The notes under the pieces are model-generated. The model worked only from the letters and a program-made list of their open reading frames with translations. It was not told the origin of the DNA and ran no database searches. Positions 62,400 through 64,000 of a stretch of DNA of 64,000 bases are shown here, piece by piece; position 1 is the stretch's first letter; the number at the start of each line of letters is the position of its first letter. The translations under genes were made by a program, and so were the position numbers. Origin of the DNA: Marsupella aquatica (lineage: Eukaryota; Plantae; Marchantiophyta). The stretch lies in contig OZ316898.1 in NCBI GenBank assembly GCA_973895155.1, positions 15,530,330-15,594,329 on the forward strand. Direction: 5' to 3'.

Positions 62400-64000
62400 T
62401 GTGAGTATTGGGTAATACCGAAAACCTGAAATTACTGAAAAATTTAAACTTTTTACAGTGTTTAAGCCTGTTGTTGCTGTTAAAATGCCAAGTGTAAACT
62501 ATGGGTATACTTTATAACGGGATTACGCATTTACGCGTATAAGCATTATGGGTTTACGGGTTTACGGGTTTATGGGTTTATGCGTTTACGCCGATACAGG
62601 ATTACGGCTTACGCCTTACGCGTTTAAGGAAAGTGTACGTTACGGCGCTACGGCTAACTTTGCAACGGGACTTAGAAACGGATTGGGGACTTCATACCTT
62701 GATAGGAATCAAGTAGAGAGTTCAGGCGCTCACTCCTGTATTTTCACCACCCCTATTCACTTGCTCTTTCTCTTCAAAAGCAACCTTTGCAGCACGCAAA
62801 TCACCATCGCAGCTATGGCGAACCTGGGTGCTAGGAACAGTATCAAATTGAAGCTCTAGCAGTCTCAAAAGTAGTGGCAGCTCGTATACCACGAGCACCT
62901 GATAGTCTTTCTAATCTACAAGACTCTTTACAACACTTAGGATTGGAGCGCTTGCTCAGGATCCCCTGGAATGTCAAGCTCGACTCCTACTTGCAGGATT
63001 TTGTGAAGGGGACTATCATCCCGATCGAATTCAGGTGAACGATTCAAGCTCACCCCAGCCTGTGGACTGTTGAGCAAATTGCTTACGCCTTTGGATGCCC
63101 GTCAGAAGGAGAGGCATTATATTCCAAGAAGCATGACTTATCTACTCCATACTTCTGAGGAACTCGAAATGCCAAGAATGGTTGGAACTTGTCCCAGTGT
63201 AGTTATCCTGAATTGAGAGTGCTCATGGAATTCCTGGTACCCATTCTTCATCCGAAAAAGCCAACTCTCTGTCCTGTGGCCTTGGCTAACACCATTGTAG
63301 CTGCTCACAGTGGAGCTATAAAAGTAAATTGGGCCCTACTTCTGTTTAATGTAATGAAGGATCAAGTAAGGAGCTTGGAAGCAGGGAGGACCACTTGCTT
63401 ATAGAATTATCTCTCTCAGCTCTATTATACCCATGACTGTTTATATCTGGAGGAAGAGACAGAGAGGGGGTTACTCCTGATTGACTTGGGTATTGAAGAA
63501 GAAATTCCTATGGAGGACATTGTACATGTCACCCCATTGAATTCGAATGATCAGAACATTGCAGAGAATGCTGATGTTCCTATGCAGGATGCTTCATTAG
63601 AAGTTCCTACACATTCTCCTATGCATAGTAGGGAAGTTGTTTGCCAATCAATAAGTAATGAGAATTTCCCTAGCCGGACTATGGATGCAGATCCACTAGA
63701 AGCTGAAGAAGTAAGGAGCATTCATCAACAAGACGATGTTGCTACACCAACTGATGCTACTCCCCATGAGACCACCAGGTCCACTCCTTCGAAGGCAGAG
63801 TCGAATCAGCAGCTTATTGATAAGTTGACATCTCTCCTCAGTTGCAGTGATGATGGACTATATGATGCTGTTAATAATTTGAGAATGGAGGCTGTTAGTT
63901 TGAGATCACCATTTCATGACCAGCTAAGTCCTGTCAGAATGACCTCTTCCCCAAGAGAACCAGCACCAATGGAGTTTGTGATCTGTACTCCTGTCACTAT
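62400..64000 (+). mobile_element. Left part of a probable LTR element with an accessory ORF; runs off the window
   Basis: Abrupt TGTGAG start interrupting a MULE repeat unit; TTACG-rich repeats at 62510-62650; right end not visible. Confidence 0.55.
62816..64000 (+). pseudogene. Retrotransposon accessory protein (PMD-like helical domain), homologous to 29650-30050
   Basis: GLERLLRIPW, WTVEQIAYAFGCPSEG, KNGW...C.YPELRVLMEFLVPILHPKKPT, VNWALLL, YLSQLY; multiple stops. Confidence 0.65.

Overview
Eukaryotic nuclear DNA from a non-seed land plant. A liverwort is my inference from protein style and TE families; this is not proven. There is one intact host gene, a two-exon ubiquitin-domain PI4-kinase gamma (minus strand, 2353-4494). 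The rest is about 57 kb of nested, mostly decayed transposons, many of whose ends and target-site duplications (TSDs) can be read directly. These are: a PIF/Harbinger-superfamily element (10771-16533) carrying an extra RPA1-C-like gene; an old L1-type LINE split by a near-full-length LINE and a Ty3/Gypsy element and cut off by a CACTA element; a 4.5-kb ORF-containing solo-LTR-like element; a MITE; a 1.25-kb solo LTR; a CACTA element whose first exon can splice either to a SET-domain exon or to the transposase; and two copies of a Mutator-like element (GCM-like/MULE/SWIM transposase). The standout candidate system is the Mutator-like element at ~36040-47900. Head-to-head with its transposase lies an intron-containing gene for a ParB/Srx-like domain fused to a beta-class N6A/N4C DNA-methyltransferase-like domain. 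A 15-bp palindrome (TAGCGCCNGGCGCTA) occurs about 26 times across the two copies, only in introns, intergenic and flanking DNA. This resembles a transposon-encoded, sequence-targeted epigenetic (self-marking or anti-silencing) module. All TE genes here carry stops or frameshifts, and domain calls are by motif recognition, not database search.
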